IMG/VR virus record: IMGVR_UViG_2913091994_000006
Span: 4,043 to 68,042 of that record
From: a virus
Taxonomy: Duplodnaviria > Caudoviricetes
Reading direction: 5' to 3' (one strand)
DNA length: 64,000 nucleotides
Shown: one piece after another, positions 46,223 through 56,203 of the stretch
How positions within the stretch are numbered: the first letter of the stretch is position 1
Layout: each line of letters starts with the position of its first letter
Notes under the pieces: model-generated
Database searches by the model: none
What the model was told of the DNA's origin: nothing
The model's input: the letters and a program-made list of their open reading frames with translations, nothing else
Position numbers and translations under genes: made by a program

Positions 46223-46377
46223 AATGACCTCTACTTATTTTTCAGATGAATTAATTTATCTGTCATGATTAATTCACATGGGGTTTGGGATAATGCAATT
46301 AATTTTTCGTGGTGTTTTATTTGTCTGTGTTGTCTTTAGTTAATTGAGCACATTTCACCGTGGTTTGTTATGTGTTT

Positions 46378-46407
46378 TTATTATATCAATGTGATGGGGG
46401 TAGTACA
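46378..46407 (-). promoter_or_regulatory. Leftward promoter motif copy 3
   Basis: TGTACTA-CCCCCATC-ACATTGA-TATAATAA. Confidence 0.6.
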
Positions 46408-46703
46408 TTATTTTTAATTAAAAAATATCATATTTTTCATGTCCTTATTCTATTTCAGAGTTTCGCTTTAAATCTCTGTCGTAAAAATAATAAAAATATC
46501 TAATTGTCATTTTAGGGAAGTATTCTCGGGTGTGGGCTGTGCTGACAGAAAACCATCAAAGTAGTGAGGCATTAGGGGAACGTTTGAATAAATGATGTAT
46601 TAATATATTTGATCTATACGATCGATATATGTGATTGAACTTATCCGCCTGCTACTGATTTATTGAGCCTGTACAGTAAATAAATTAGCAAAAGGAAAAT
46701 TTT

Positions 46704-47228
46704 ATGAAGAAGATTGCAGCGGCGGTTCTGGTTGGTCTGGTGCTGGGTAGCGTTGGTGTGGTGAATGCTGAGTCCCGGAATACTGTTTCAATAGGGTATG
46801 CCTACACTGATTTAAGTGGCTACATTTCTGGTAACGCAAATGGTGCCAACCTCAAATATAACTGGGAAGATTTGGATAGTGGGTTTGGGGTGATGGGGTC
46901 GGTCACATACACTACCGCTGGCATTGAAAATGGTTACGGAAACAAAGTGGGGGATGGATATTATACGTCAACCCTCGTTGGACCCTCTTATCGTTTCAAT
47001 GATTATATCAATGCTTACGTGATGATTGGTGTCGGGAATGGACGGCTCAACGATTACCTCGGTAATTCTTACGATAAAACCAGCTTTGCTTATGGTGCCG
47101 GTATTCAGGTTAATCCGGTTGAACATATCGCTGTTAACGCTTCCTATGAACATGCGAGCTTCTCCACTGATGCTGACGGTGACATCAACGCCGGAACTTG
47201 GGTGCTTGGTGTAGGTTACAGCTTCTGA
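46704..47228 (+). CDS. Ail/Lom/PagC-family outer membrane beta-barrel
   Basis: Signal peptide, G.NLKY, VGPSYRFNDY, AYGAG.Q.NP, GVGYSF. Confidence 0.92.
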   Translation: MKKIAAAVLVGLVLGSVGVVNAESRNTVSIGYAYTDLSGYISGNANGANLKYNWEDLDSGFGVMGSVTYTTAGIENGYGNKVGDGYYTSTLVGPSYRFNDYINAYVMIGVGNGRLNDYLGNSYDKTSFAYGAGIQVNPVEHIAVNASYEHASFSTDADGDINAGTWVLGVGYSF

Positions 47229-47262
47229 TGACAAAACCCGTCAGAACAAGTGGAGATAAAGT

Positions 47263-47829
47263 ATGAAGAAAATAGCTGCATTATGTATTGCTATTTCTTT
47301 TTTAACTGGTTGTGCTGTTAATTTGCCGTTTAATAACAGGCTTTCATATAGCGCAATAAAGGAATTACGACAAAGCATTCACCCGACAGGAGCTAAAATA
47401 AACATTTCATGGGAACCTTCCGGTTTCCCTGAGCGTATTGATGTTCATGGCTCAAGTGGGTTTGTTGGTGGTGGTTCAAGAACGCGGATACCCACAGGAA
47501 TCGCATTATCAGCAAGGATAGAAGAAGCAATATCATCTTACGCAGATATCGCACCTGATGGGAAAAATCTGATCATTAAGGTTGATGATGCTCAAAGCAA
47601 ATTTGAGTTCGCTTCTGGCCTCGTTAACGTAACGCCTACTATAGATGTTGCAGATGCTACATTTAAGGCCACATTCAATCTTGATGGTGATGTCTGGACA
47701 AAAGAGTACAAATCAAAGTTGAAAGATCCGACTATCGGGGGAACCAGCGAAACCGGATTACTTGAAAAAGCATGGGATAATATAGCCGTTCAGGTAGCTA
47801 CGGATGTGGCACGTCATCTCAGGCAATAA
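47263..47829 (+). CDS. Lipoprotein of unknown function
   Basis: Lipobox FLTGC. Confidence 0.75.
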   Translation: MKKIAALCIAISFLTGCAVNLPFNNRLSYSAIKELRQSIHPTGAKINISWEPSGFPERIDVHGSSGFVGGGSRTRIPTGIALSARIEEAISSYADIAPDGKNLIIKVDDAQSKFEFASGLVNVTPTIDVADATFKATFNLDGDVWTKEYKSKLKDPTIGGTSETGLLEKAWDNIAVQVATDVARHLRQ

Positions 47830-47952
47830 CTGGATTTGAATTCACTTACATTGTGCCCCAAACATTATGGGGCATTTTTTTGCCTGGTGATAGCGGTGTG
47901 CAGCAATCTTAAGAATTTCGTCGGTGGGGAGTTAATCCAGAACAAAGCCTCT

Positions 47953-48369
47953 TTAATCAATAAACAAAGCGGGTGAGATACCAAACCGGGATGACAGCTT
48001 TTTGATGTGGTTAACGCTGAGATTGCGCTTTCCGTTCAGTACGCGGGATACCATTGATTTAGAACCGATTTCATTTTGAAAATCAGAAGTGGTTAATTTG
48101 TACTGATCCATGAGCGTTCGCAGAATCGCAAGACCCGCAGGGATAGCATTCATTTCTTCACGGAGCGCAACGATTTCAGGCTGACCGTCTTCATAGGTAC
48201 GGATTCGATTACAGACGATATCCAGTAAAGGGCTACCCGGATTCTCCATTAACAGGTGTTCGACAAGTTCCAGGGCCTCTTCGTAATCTTTCTCGTCAGG
48301 GTTATCTCCCAGAAGAGGAACGGCAGCTATAAGGGCATTGGTCGCTTTAAGTGCGTCGGCAACGATCAT
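47953..48369 (-). CDS. higA: HigA-type antitoxin (E. coli HigA-like)
   Basis: LRTLMDQY.L..SDF..EIGSKSMVSRVLNGKR.L...HIKKL. Confidence 0.85.
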   Translation of the reverse strand: MIVADALKATNALIAAVPLLGDNPDEKDYEEALELVEHLLMENPGSPLLDIVCNRIRTYEDGQPEIVALREEMNAIPAGLAILRTLMDQYKLTTSDFQNEIGSKSMVSRVLNGKRNLSVNHIKKLSSRFGISPALFID

Positions 48370-48683
48370 TATCTTTTCCCCTTTGTACGGTGTTGAGAAG
48401 TAAACCTGTCGTACTCACTATGGTTGAATACATGGCGAATATAAAACTTCTGACTCTCGAAAAAAACAATTGCGATAATTCTTATATTATTGTTTGCAAT
48501 ATCAATAACATAATGTTTATCCAGATATTTAAAATTATCCAGAGATGGATAGATTTTTTTCAGATCTTCGGGTGTAGGGCAATTACCTTTCTCTATGTTC
48601 CGACCAAACTGTAGAAGCTCTTTTTTATACTGAGGGTATCTGTTAACTGCTTCATGGATCGCTTTCATTGAGATAAGGTGCAT
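48369..48683 (-). CDS. higB: HigB-type mRNA interferase
   Basis: MHLIS, P..L...YPSLDNFKY..KHYVIDIANN. Confidence 0.85.
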   Translation of the reverse strand: MHLISMKAIHEAVNRYPQYKKELLQFGRNIEKGNCPTPEDLKKIYPSLDNFKYLDKHYVIDIANNNIRIIAIVFFESQKFYIRHVFNHSEYDRFTSQHRTKGKR

Positions 48684-48770
48684 TGCGTTTATTCCGTTGT
48701 CTATATGTAAATATAATACCATGAGTTGCCAATGTGTCAACTTATAAATAGCGTATAAGCAGGGGTATCA

Positions 48771-49100
48771 ATGAGAACATTTAACTGGCCTGTAGACCAG
48801 ACGTTGCAGGTGAAGGTCGCTCCACGCGTCAAAGTCGTCAAATTTGGTGATGGCTACGAGCAACGAGCACCGGATGGACTGAATACTGATCTGCGAACAT
48901 ACACCGTTAAGTTCAGCGCGGAATCAGCAGATATTAACCTTATAGACAAATTCCTCACTGAACATGCCGGGTATCAGGCGTTTGTGTGGGTGCCACCAGA
49001 TCGCTATAAAACGGGAAGGTATAAGTGCGAGGAGTGGAGCAAGGAAGTTAGCGGCCTGTGGGACACACTGACGGCGACGTTTGAACAGGTGGTGGTCTAG
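48771..49100 (+). CDS. Minor tail protein M
   Basis: VKFGDGYEQRAPDGLN..TATFEQVV. Confidence 0.9.
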   Translation: MRTFNWPVDQTLQVKVAPRVKVVKFGDGYEQRAPDGLNTDLRTYTVKFSAESADINLIDKFLTEHAGYQAFVWVPPDRYKTGRYKCEEWSKEVSGLWDTLTATFEQVVV

Positions 49101-49144
49101 CATGAGTTTACTGCCCGACATTTATTCTGTCGGGCGTGTAATGA

Positions 49145-49630
49145 TTATTTATTCATAACCTGTTTAATTGCTTCCTGTGCGCAGTGCTGGTCGTCGGCAG
49201 GGCCGCCAGTTCCGGCCACGCCAATTGCGCCAATAACCATGTCTCCGGACTTAACGGGTACACCACCGCCCAGTAACAGTAGCTGCGGTACAGTGTTCAG
49301 GTTCTGCGTTTCAGGATTAGATGCTGCTTTTTTAGCAAGCTCGCGGGTATCGCTTTTGGTGGAAAGCGCAGTGTAGGCTTTTTTCTGGGCAGCCAGCGTG
49401 TTGTGAGGACCTACGTTGTCGTCACGTTGCAGGGCGACAAGATTTCCTCCTTTGTCAACAACGGCAACAACGCCGGTTTTGTTTTCACTGTGACAAATTT
49501 TTAGCGCGGTGCTGACCAGTGAGTTGGCGATAGCTGATGGCATGTCATGATACTGAGCCTGCTGGCCGGCAAACGCGGATTTTCCCAGTAAAACAGCAGG
49601 AATAACAAAAAAAAGAGACAGCTTTTTCAT
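49145..49630 (-). CDS. Secreted GlcG/HbpS-family heme-binding protein
   Basis: Signal peptide; VAVVDKGG, KKAYTA, GGGVP..IGAIGVAG. Confidence 0.85.
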   Translation of the reverse strand: MKKLSLFFVIPAVLLGKSAFAGQQAQYHDMPSAIANSLVSTALKICHSENKTGVVAVVDKGGNLVALQRDDNVGPHNTLAAQKKAYTALSTKSDTRELAKKAASNPETQNLNTVPQLLLLGGGVPVKSGDMVIGAIGVAGTGGPADDQHCAQEAIKQVMNK

Positions 49631-49792
49631 TTAGTTCACCTGATAAGGTTTTGGGAACCTGAGTCTATCAGCGTCTGATAAAGAAATTATCTATTAAATG
49701 GATAGGTGAAAATACAATAATTAATCATTGATTAATTGTTGCTGCTTACATTATTAAATTATCCCTTAAACCGTAAAATGGATTAATTGAAA

Positions 49793-50230
49793 ATGAGCAA
49801 GATGATTAAATATTCACTGGCGGCGGCCCTTATGTCCGTATGCGCTTTCTCAATGGCTGCAACCAGCGAAAAGTCTGCAACCCCGATGAAAAACCCTGTC
49901 AGTGTTCATGTGCTGAACCTTCAGACTGGCATACCGTCTGAAGGCGTGACTGTGGTACTGGACAAGAAAGAAGGCGACAAGTGGATTAAACTGAACTCGG
50001 CTGTCACCAGTCAGGATGGTCGTATTAATGCCCTTTACCCGGACGGGAAGGAAATTCAGCCGGGGGATTATCGTGTGACTTTTGAAACAGGCAAATACTA
50101 CGCCGATCATAACGAAGATACTTTCTTCCCTGAAATTCCGGTGATTATCCATGTACCAAAAGCGGGTGAGCACTATCATGTGCCACTACTGCTGAGCCAG
50201 TATGGATACTCAACGTATCGCGGCAGTTGA
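49793..50230 (+). CDS. hiuH: Periplasmic transthyretin-like 5-hydroxyisourate hydrolase
   Basis: SVHVL, DGR, HYHVPLLLSQYGYSTYRGS. Confidence 0.92.
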   Translation: MSKMIKYSLAAALMSVCAFSMAATSEKSATPMKNPVSVHVLNLQTGIPSEGVTVVLDKKEGDKWIKLNSAVTSQDGRINALYPDGKEIQPGDYRVTFETGKYYADHNEDTFFPEIPVIIHVPKAGEHYHVPLLLSQYGYSTYRGS

Positions 50231-50304
50231 TCACGAACACTTTAATGAAACACTAATGAATAAAGACGCCTTATGGCGTCTTTATTGTTGTAACACCGAT
50301 AATA

Positions 50305-50835
50305 TTACTCCACTACACCGCACGCAAAACGAGCACCACCGCCACCCAGAGGCGCTGGATTGTCGGAGTAATTATCCCCGCCTTTGTGGATCATCAGTGA
50401 GTGACCTTTCAGTTCTGACAGTGATTTAAAGCGGGGAGCAAGGAGTTGGTAAGTCGCAGTCCCGTCTGCATTGACAACCAGTCCGGGGAGATCTCCCAGG
50501 TGACCTTTGTCATTATAGGGACCAAGATGTTTACCTGTTTTCTCCGGGTCAAGATGCCCTCCTGCCATTAACGCAGGTACGCTTTTGCCATCTTTCATTC
50601 CAGGCATGCAACTCGGGTTTGTATGCACATGGAATCCGTGAATTCCCGGCGTAAGACCCTTGAGGTGAGGAGTGAAAAGCAGACCGTAAGGTGTTTCTGA
50701 AACTGTGATTTCACCGATGTTTTCTCCGGTTCCGCTGGACAGGGCGTCGTTCATCTTTACAGTCAGGTTATTTTCTGCCATTGCTGAACAACTGATGAGC
50801 GCACCAGCTACCAGCGACAATATTGTGTATTTCAT
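50305..50835 (-). CDS. sodC1: Periplasmic Cu/Zn superoxide dismutase SodC1
   Basis: HGFHVH, GGHLDP, GHLGDLP, GGGGARFACGV; closely resembles Gifsy-2 SodCI. Confidence 0.93.
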   Translation of the reverse strand: MKYTILSLVAGALISCSAMAENNLTVKMNDALSSGTGENIGEITVSETPYGLLFTPHLKGLTPGIHGFHVHTNPSCMPGMKDGKSVPALMAGGHLDPEKTGKHLGPYNDKGHLGDLPGLVVNADGTATYQLLAPRFKSLSELKGHSLMIHKGGDNYSDNPAPLGGGGARFACGVVE

Positions 50836-50926
50836 TAGTTACCCTCATTTTTTTGGTTGTACCGTGAATACTAATAATAAAGGTAGGTATATTTTTGCAA
50901 TATAAATAATAAAGGATCTTTCAGAT

Positions 50927-51478
50927 ATGCAGGACATTCCTCAAAGTACCCTTAATGAAACAACCAAAACAGAACAACCCGCCAGGGTTGTGCTGTGGGA
51001 ACTGGATTTAACCCTTATTGGCGGCGAGCGATTTTTCTTCTGCAATGGAGCGAACGAGAAAGGCGAGCCGGTAACGTGGCAGGGCAGGCAATACCAGCCT
51101 TATCCGGTAAAAGGCGATGGTTTTGAAATGAGAGGCAAAGGGGTCAGTAACCGTCCCACAATTGAAGTATCAAACCTGTTTGGCCTGGTAACTGGTATAG
51201 CAGAAGACTTAAACAGCCTGGTGGGATCTCGTGTTTATCGTCGCCAGGTGTATTCAAAATTTCTCGATGCGGTAAACTTTACCGATGGCAATCCAAACGC
51301 CGATCCGGAGCAGGAGATTGTTCAATTTTATATAGTTGAGCAACTGAGCGCGCTTAATGCCAAAGGGGCAAAATTTACGCTTGCCTCTCCGGTTGAAGCT
51401 GATGGTGCCGTTATACCAGCAAGAACCATGCTGGCAACGCCAGATGGCTTTCCGTCAATTGGTAAACTTTCCCGGTAA
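50927..51478 (+). CDS. Minor tail protein L lacking the C-terminal Cys cluster
   Basis: VTWQGRQYQPYP, SNLFGLVT, FLDAVNF; 183 aa. Confidence 0.85.
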   Translation: MQDIPQSTLNETTKTEQPARVVLWELDLTLIGGERFFFCNGANEKGEPVTWQGRQYQPYPVKGDGFEMRGKGVSNRPTIEVSNLFGLVTGIAEDLNSLVGSRVYRRQVYSKFLDAVNFTDGNPNADPEQEIVQFYIVEQLSALNAKGAKFTLASPVEADGAVIPARTMLATPDGFPSIGKLSR

Positions 51479-51483
51479 AAAAC

Positions 51484-52221
51484 ATGATTAATGATGACAT
51501 TCTGGCGCATGCCCGACAGTGTGCGCCCGCGGAGTCGTGCGGCTATGTGGTCAGAACGCCGCAGGGCGAACGGTATTTTCCGTGTGAAAATCTGTCTGCT
51601 GAACCCACAATGTATTTTCGTATTTCACCGGAAGATTACCTGCTGGCCAGCGCGGCGGGTGAGGTGGTGGCGCTGGTACACAGTCATCCAGGCGGTAAAC
51701 CATTCCTCAGTAGCGGCGACCGCACGATACAGTTACAGACGGCGCTTGCGTGGTGGCTGGTCTGTGACGACCAGATTTATAAATTCCGCAGCGTGCCGCA
51801 CCTGACAGGCCGACAGTTTGAGCATGGTGTATACGACTGTTACACGCTGTTCCGTGACGCTTACCATCTGGCGGGGATTGAGTTACCTGATTTTCACCGC
51901 GAAGAAGACTGGTGGGATAAAGGTGAAAACCTCTATCTGGATAACCTGGAGGCAAACGGTTTTTATCAGGTTCGCGCGGATAAAGCGCAGCCGGGCGATG
52001 CGCTTATCTGTTGCTTTGGCACATCGACCGCCAATCACGCGGCGATTTATTGTGGCAACGGGGAGCTATTGCACCACGTACCTGAACAACTGAGTAAACG
52101 CGAGAGGTATAACGAAAAATGGGAAAGACGGACGCACTCAATCTGGAGATGCCGGGCATGGCAACCCTCCGCCTTTACGGGGATTTGCAACGATTTGGAA
52201 AGCGCTTCGATCTCAGCATAA
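51484..52221 (+). CDS. Tail assembly protein K (JAB + NlpC/P60)
   Basis: ESCG, VHSHP, DCYTL, NHAAIY. Confidence 0.9.
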   Translation: MINDDILAHARQCAPAESCGYVVRTPQGERYFPCENLSAEPTMYFRISPEDYLLASAAGEVVALVHSHPGGKPFLSSGDRTIQLQTALAWWLVCDDQIYKFRSVPHLTGRQFEHGVYDCYTLFRDAYHLAGIELPDFHREEDWWDKGENLYLDNLEANGFYQVRADKAQPGDALICCFGTSTANHAAIYCGNGELLHHVPEQLSKRERYNEKWERRTHSIWRCRAWQPSAFTGICNDLESASISA

Positions 52222-52871
52222 AAACCGCAGCGGAAGGGCTTCATGCGTTGTACCTCCAGATACCGGGACTCAGGCAGAGGATACAGGAAGGGTGGTATCA
52301 GGTCAGGATTGCCGGTAAGGATGTTACGCCGGATGACGTCACGGCCAGGCTGCACGAACCGTTGCCATCCGGCGCCGTTATTCACATTGTGCCGCGTATG
52401 GAAGGAGCGGGGAATGCCGGGATATTTCAGATCGTTGCAGGTGTTATCCTAATCGCTGTGGCATGGTGGAACCCGGCAGGTTGGCTTGGCGCGGCTGCCG
52501 TTACCGGGATGTATGGCGCCGGTGCTGCTATGGTTGTCGGTGGTTTTGCTCAGATGTTGGCACCAAAACCTCAGTCACCCTCAATGAGCCACGCCGATAA
52601 TGGTAAAGCTAGCGTTTACTTTTCTTCTGTCGATAACATGATTGCCCAGGGGAATCCGGTTCCGATCCCCTACGGTGAAATTATGTGTGGCTCCCGCGTT
52701 ATCAGTCAGGAAATCACAACCCGTGACGAAAGTACGCCGGACAAGGTTATAAATCTCGGGGGAATGCCGTTCTTCAGTCGTAAGGCGAGAGAACGTGCGC
52801 AGGATAAGCTGGAACAGCAACTTATTGATCAGGGGCTACCCATCACAAAGCCAAGAGTGCTGATCCGATAA
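52149..52871 (+). CDS. Tail assembly protein I
   Basis: LYGDLQRFG, IHIVP, QGNPVPIPYGE. Confidence 0.88.
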   Translation: MPGMATLRLYGDLQRFGKRFDLSIKTAAEGLHALYLQIPGLRQRIQEGWYQVRIAGKDVTPDDVTARLHEPLPSGAVIHIVPRMEGAGNAGIFQIVAGVILIAVAWWNPAGWLGAAAVTGMYGAGAAMVVGGFAQMLAPKPQSPSMSHADNGKASVYFSSVDNMIAQGNPVPIPYGEIMCGSRVISQEITTRDESTPDKVINLGGMPFFSRKARERAQDKLEQQLIDQGLPITKPRVLIR

Positions 52872-52975
52872 CGATAAATTGTATTTTGTTGTATGTAGTA
52901 TCGTACAACATATTACAAATACTACATTTACAGATAACCGCCGCCTGGCGGTTTTGTTGTTTCTGGAGTACAGAC

Positions 52976-55900
52976 ATGTCAAAAGGCGGCGGCAAACAGC
53001 ATACACCCCGCGAAGAGCGCGATAACCTGAAGTCGGTGCAGGAGCTGAGCGTCATCGATGTTATCGGGGAAGGCCCGATACAGGGACCTGTTAACGGCCT
53101 GCAAAGCCTGCTTCTTAACGATACGCCGGTAGTTGATGCGCAGGGCGGCGTTAACGTTCACGGCGTCGAAGCGCAATTTCGTTCAGGGGAAGATCATCAG
53201 TCGCCACTGGAGGGCTTTGACGGCTCCGCCGCTGAAACGCTGATACAGGCGGAGGTCACGCACGACAAACCCATTACGCGTACAATCACATCAGAAGTGG
53301 TTGACCGGCTGCGTGTCACCGTTGGCGTTCAGGCGCTACAGCAAACGACCGATGAAGGCGATCGCATCGGGACTTCTGTTCAGATGGATATCCAGCTCCA
53401 GCAAAACGGCATCTGGTCAACGGTCAAAAGCGTCATTATCAATGATGGCAAGCGTACCAGCCCGTATATGGCGGCGGTTATCATTAATAATTTGCCGCCA
53501 CGTCCGTTTAACATCCGGGTGGTCAGAATTACCGAAGACAGCACCAGTGACACGCTGCAGAACAAAACGGTGTGGCAGGGGCTGACTGAAATTATCAATA
53601 TCACTCAGTCCTACCCCAATACGGCGTTAGTTGGTCTGAAAGTTGATGCTGACCAGTTCGGCAGCCAGTCAGTAAGCCGGAAATTTCACTGCCTGGGACG
53701 CATTGTTCTCGTGCCGTCGAACTATGACCCGAAAAGCAGAACGTACGCCGGGTTGTGGGACGGTACATTTAAACCGGCTTACACCAATAACCCGGCCTGG
53801 ATAATTCTGGACCTGCTGACACACCCCCGCTACGGTCTGGGACAGCGTATTGGTCTGGCGGACGTGGACAAGTGGGCGCTGTATGCCATTGCGCAGTATT
53901 GCGATCAACTGGTCCCGGACGGCTTCGGTCAGGATGAGCCGCGCATGACCTGCAATGTGTATCTCGCTGACCGTCGCAAGGCCTATGACGTTATCAGTGA
54001 TTTTTGCTCGGTGATGCGCTGTATGCCGGTATGGACAGGCCAGCGGATGACATTCATCCAGGACCGGCCATCGGATAAGGTCTGGACGTACACTAACGCG
54101 AATGTGGTAAACGGTGAGTTTAATTACAGCTACAGCGCGGCAAAAGACCGCCACAACGCGGCGGAAATTCGTTTCATTGATCCGCAAAACGGCTGGAATG
54201 TGTCTGTCGAACTGGTCGAGGATAAGGCCGATATCGCTAAAAATGGTCGTAAGGTGCTCCAGATGGACGCCTTTGGCTGTACCAGTCGTGGACAGGCGCA
54301 CCGCACCGGGCTGTGGGTCATTCAGACTGAGTTACTGGAAACGCAGATGGTGACGTTCGGTGTCGGCGCGGAAGGACTGCGTCACACGCCGGGCGATATC
54401 TTTGAGGTGTGCGACAACGATTATGCCGGTGCTTCGATCGGTGGTCGCATTGTTGCCGTTGATGTGGCGGCGCGGACACTGACGCTCGACAGGGATATTG
54501 AATTACCCGGTACAGGAAAGGCCGCAGCGGCAATAAGCTTCATCGGGCATAAGGGCGAATCGCTGAGCGCTACGGTTGTATCACAGCCAGACAAAAACAG
54601 CGTTGTTCTCAGCAGTCTGCCGGAAGGTGTTATGGAAGGTGGCGTGTGGGGGCTGAAACTGCCGACGCTGCGTCGCCGCCTGTTCCGCTGCATGGCGATA
54701 CAGGAGAAAGAGGACGGCACGTTTGCCGTTTCCGCGCTTCAGCATGTGCCGGAAAAAGAAGCGATCGTGGACAGGGGGGCGACGTTTGAACCGGAGTCCG
54801 GCACGCTTAATGGCGTGACTCCGCCAGCGGTGCAGCACCTTGCCGTGGACACCTCCGCAGACAGCAGCCTTTACCAGGCAAAAGCAACGTGGGACACGCC
54901 GCGCGTTATTAAAGGCGTGAGGTTTGTTCTGCGTCTGACGGTGGGTGCCGGAACGGAGGAAGAGCCCGCCCGTCTGGTGACGACCGTCAGGACCAGCGAG
55001 ACCGAATTTACGTTCCATGAGTTACCGTACGGACACTACACCCTGACGGTGAGCGCAATAAACGGTTATGGGCAGCAGGGCGATCCGGCGTCGGTGGAAT
55101 TTGATATCGACTTGCCTGAACCTCCCGATTTTATCGAGATCACACCCGGCTACTTTAGCCTCACGGTTGCCCCGCGCCAGAAGGTCTACCATCCGGACGT
55201 TTCTTTTGAATTCTGGTTCTCGGAAAAACAATTGCTGAGTGCAGATCAGGTACTGGCCGAAGGGCAATATCTGGGACGTGGCAGCATGTGGATAAAGGAC
55301 GGTCTGATGTTGCTGGGGACGGATTACTGGTTTTATGTCCGCAGCGTGAACCTTGTCGGTAAATCGGCGTTCGCCGAGGCCAGCGGGCAGGTTAAGAGTG
55401 ATGCTCAGGGAGTTCTGGAACTGCTCAAAGGAAAAATCACCGCTAATCTGCTTAACCGTGAGTTTCTCAGCACCATCGAGAATGACACGGTGCGTCGTGA
55501 GTTTGAGGCCGCGTTGCGGATATCGGAAACCAACGTGCAACAGCAGCTTGAAACCCTGAAAAGTACCGTCAATGTGAGCGTAGCCGCCGAACTGGAGACC
55601 ATCAAACGGACGGCAGCAGATGAGCACGCTGCCGTTACGTTACAGATGAGTACGCTGCAAACACAGATCAGCACGGACATTACCAGCAAGATTGAGGCGC
55701 TACAGCGGGCCAGCAGTACCGCAGAAGGTTCGCTGACGGAGAAACTGACGCAACTGAACGCCACAGTTAACGGGCAGGTGACAACCATTCAGGAAATCAG
55801 CCGGGCGCAGGCCATGCTCAACGACACAGTGGCGGCGCTGAAATCATTCCGCGTTCAGTATCAGGCGAACGGCAAGGCCGCTATCGCCGGTATTCAGCTA

Positions 55901-56194
55901 TCTGCCACGCAGACGCAAAGCGAAATCCTGATGATGGCCGACAGAATTGCATTGCTGAATCCCTATAACGGTTCGGTGACGCTGCCATTCCTGATCCAGA
56001 ACGGGCAGGTGGTTCTGGCGGATACGTTTGTGAAGTCGCTGAACATTAACGATCGCTTCGTGGTTGATACCGCGGGCAATGTGCAGATCAGGGACAGCGC
56101 GAGAAACACAGGCTTATCCCTGAATAACAGAGCGATAAAGGTCTTTGACGACTACAGCAGAAAGCGGGTTCAGCTTGGCGACCTTTGGGCGTGA
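52976..56194 (+). CDS. Tail tip / host specificity protein J
   Basis: MSKGGG, EGPIQG, WDGTFKPAYTNNPAW, GCTSRGQAHR. Confidence 0.93.
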   Translation: MSKGGGKQHTPREERDNLKSVQELSVIDVIGEGPIQGPVNGLQSLLLNDTPVVDAQGGVNVHGVEAQFRSGEDHQSPLEGFDGSAAETLIQAEVTHDKPITRTITSEVVDRLRVTVGVQALQQTTDEGDRIGTSVQMDIQLQQNGIWSTVKSVIINDGKRTSPYMAAVIINNLPPRPFNIRVVRITEDSTSDTLQNKTVWQGLTEIINITQSYPNTALVGLKVDADQFGSQSVSRKFHCLGRIVLVPSNYDPKSRTYAGLWDGTFKPAYTNNPAWIILDLLTHPRYGLGQRIGLADVDKWALYAIAQYCDQLVPDGFGQDEPRMTCNVYLADRRKAYDVISDFCSVMRCMPVWTGQRMTFIQDRPSDKVWTYTNANVVNGEFNYSYSAAKDRHNAAEIRFIDPQNGWNVSVELVEDKADIAKNGRKVLQMDAFGCTSRGQAHRTGLWVIQTELLETQMVTFGVGAEGLRHTPGDIFEVCDNDYAGASIGGRIVAVDVAARTLTLDRDIELPGTGKAAAAISFIGHKGESLSATVVSQPDKNSVVLSSLPEGVMEGGVWGLKLPTLRRRLFRCMAIQEKEDGTFAVSALQHVPEKEAIVDRGATFEPESGTLNGVTPPAVQHLAVDTSADSSLYQAKATWDTPRVIKGVRFVLRLTVGAGTEEEPARLVTTVRTSETEFTFHELPYGHYTLTVSAINGYGQQGDPASVEFDIDLPEPPDFIEITPGYFSLTVAPRQKVYHPDVSFEFWFSEKQLLSADQVLAEGQYLGRGSMWIKDGLMLLGTDYWFYVRSVNLVGKSAFAEASGQVKSDAQGVLELLKGKITANLLNREFLSTIENDTVRREFEAALRISETNVQQQLETLKSTVNVSVAAELETIKRTAADEHAAVTLQMSTLQTQISTDITSKIEALQRASSTAEGSLTEKLTQLNATVNGQVTTIQEISRAQAMLNDTVAALKSFRVQYQANGKAAIAGIQLSATQTQSEILMMADRIALLNPYNGSVTLPFLIQNGQVVLADTFVKSLNINDRFVVDTAGNVQIRDSARNTGLSLNNRAIKVFDDYSRKRVQLGDLWA

Positions 56195-56203
56195 GGAGGG
56201 AGA

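Noticed and set aside
46362-46378. PhoP box upstream of the Ail-like gene
   Set aside because: Both half-sites mismatch in very AT-rich DNA; not distinguishable from chance
52872-52975. Moron between tail genes I and J
   Set aside because: Only an AT-rich inverted repeat (TGTAGTAT/ATACTACA) and a hairpin; no ORF, at most a remnant
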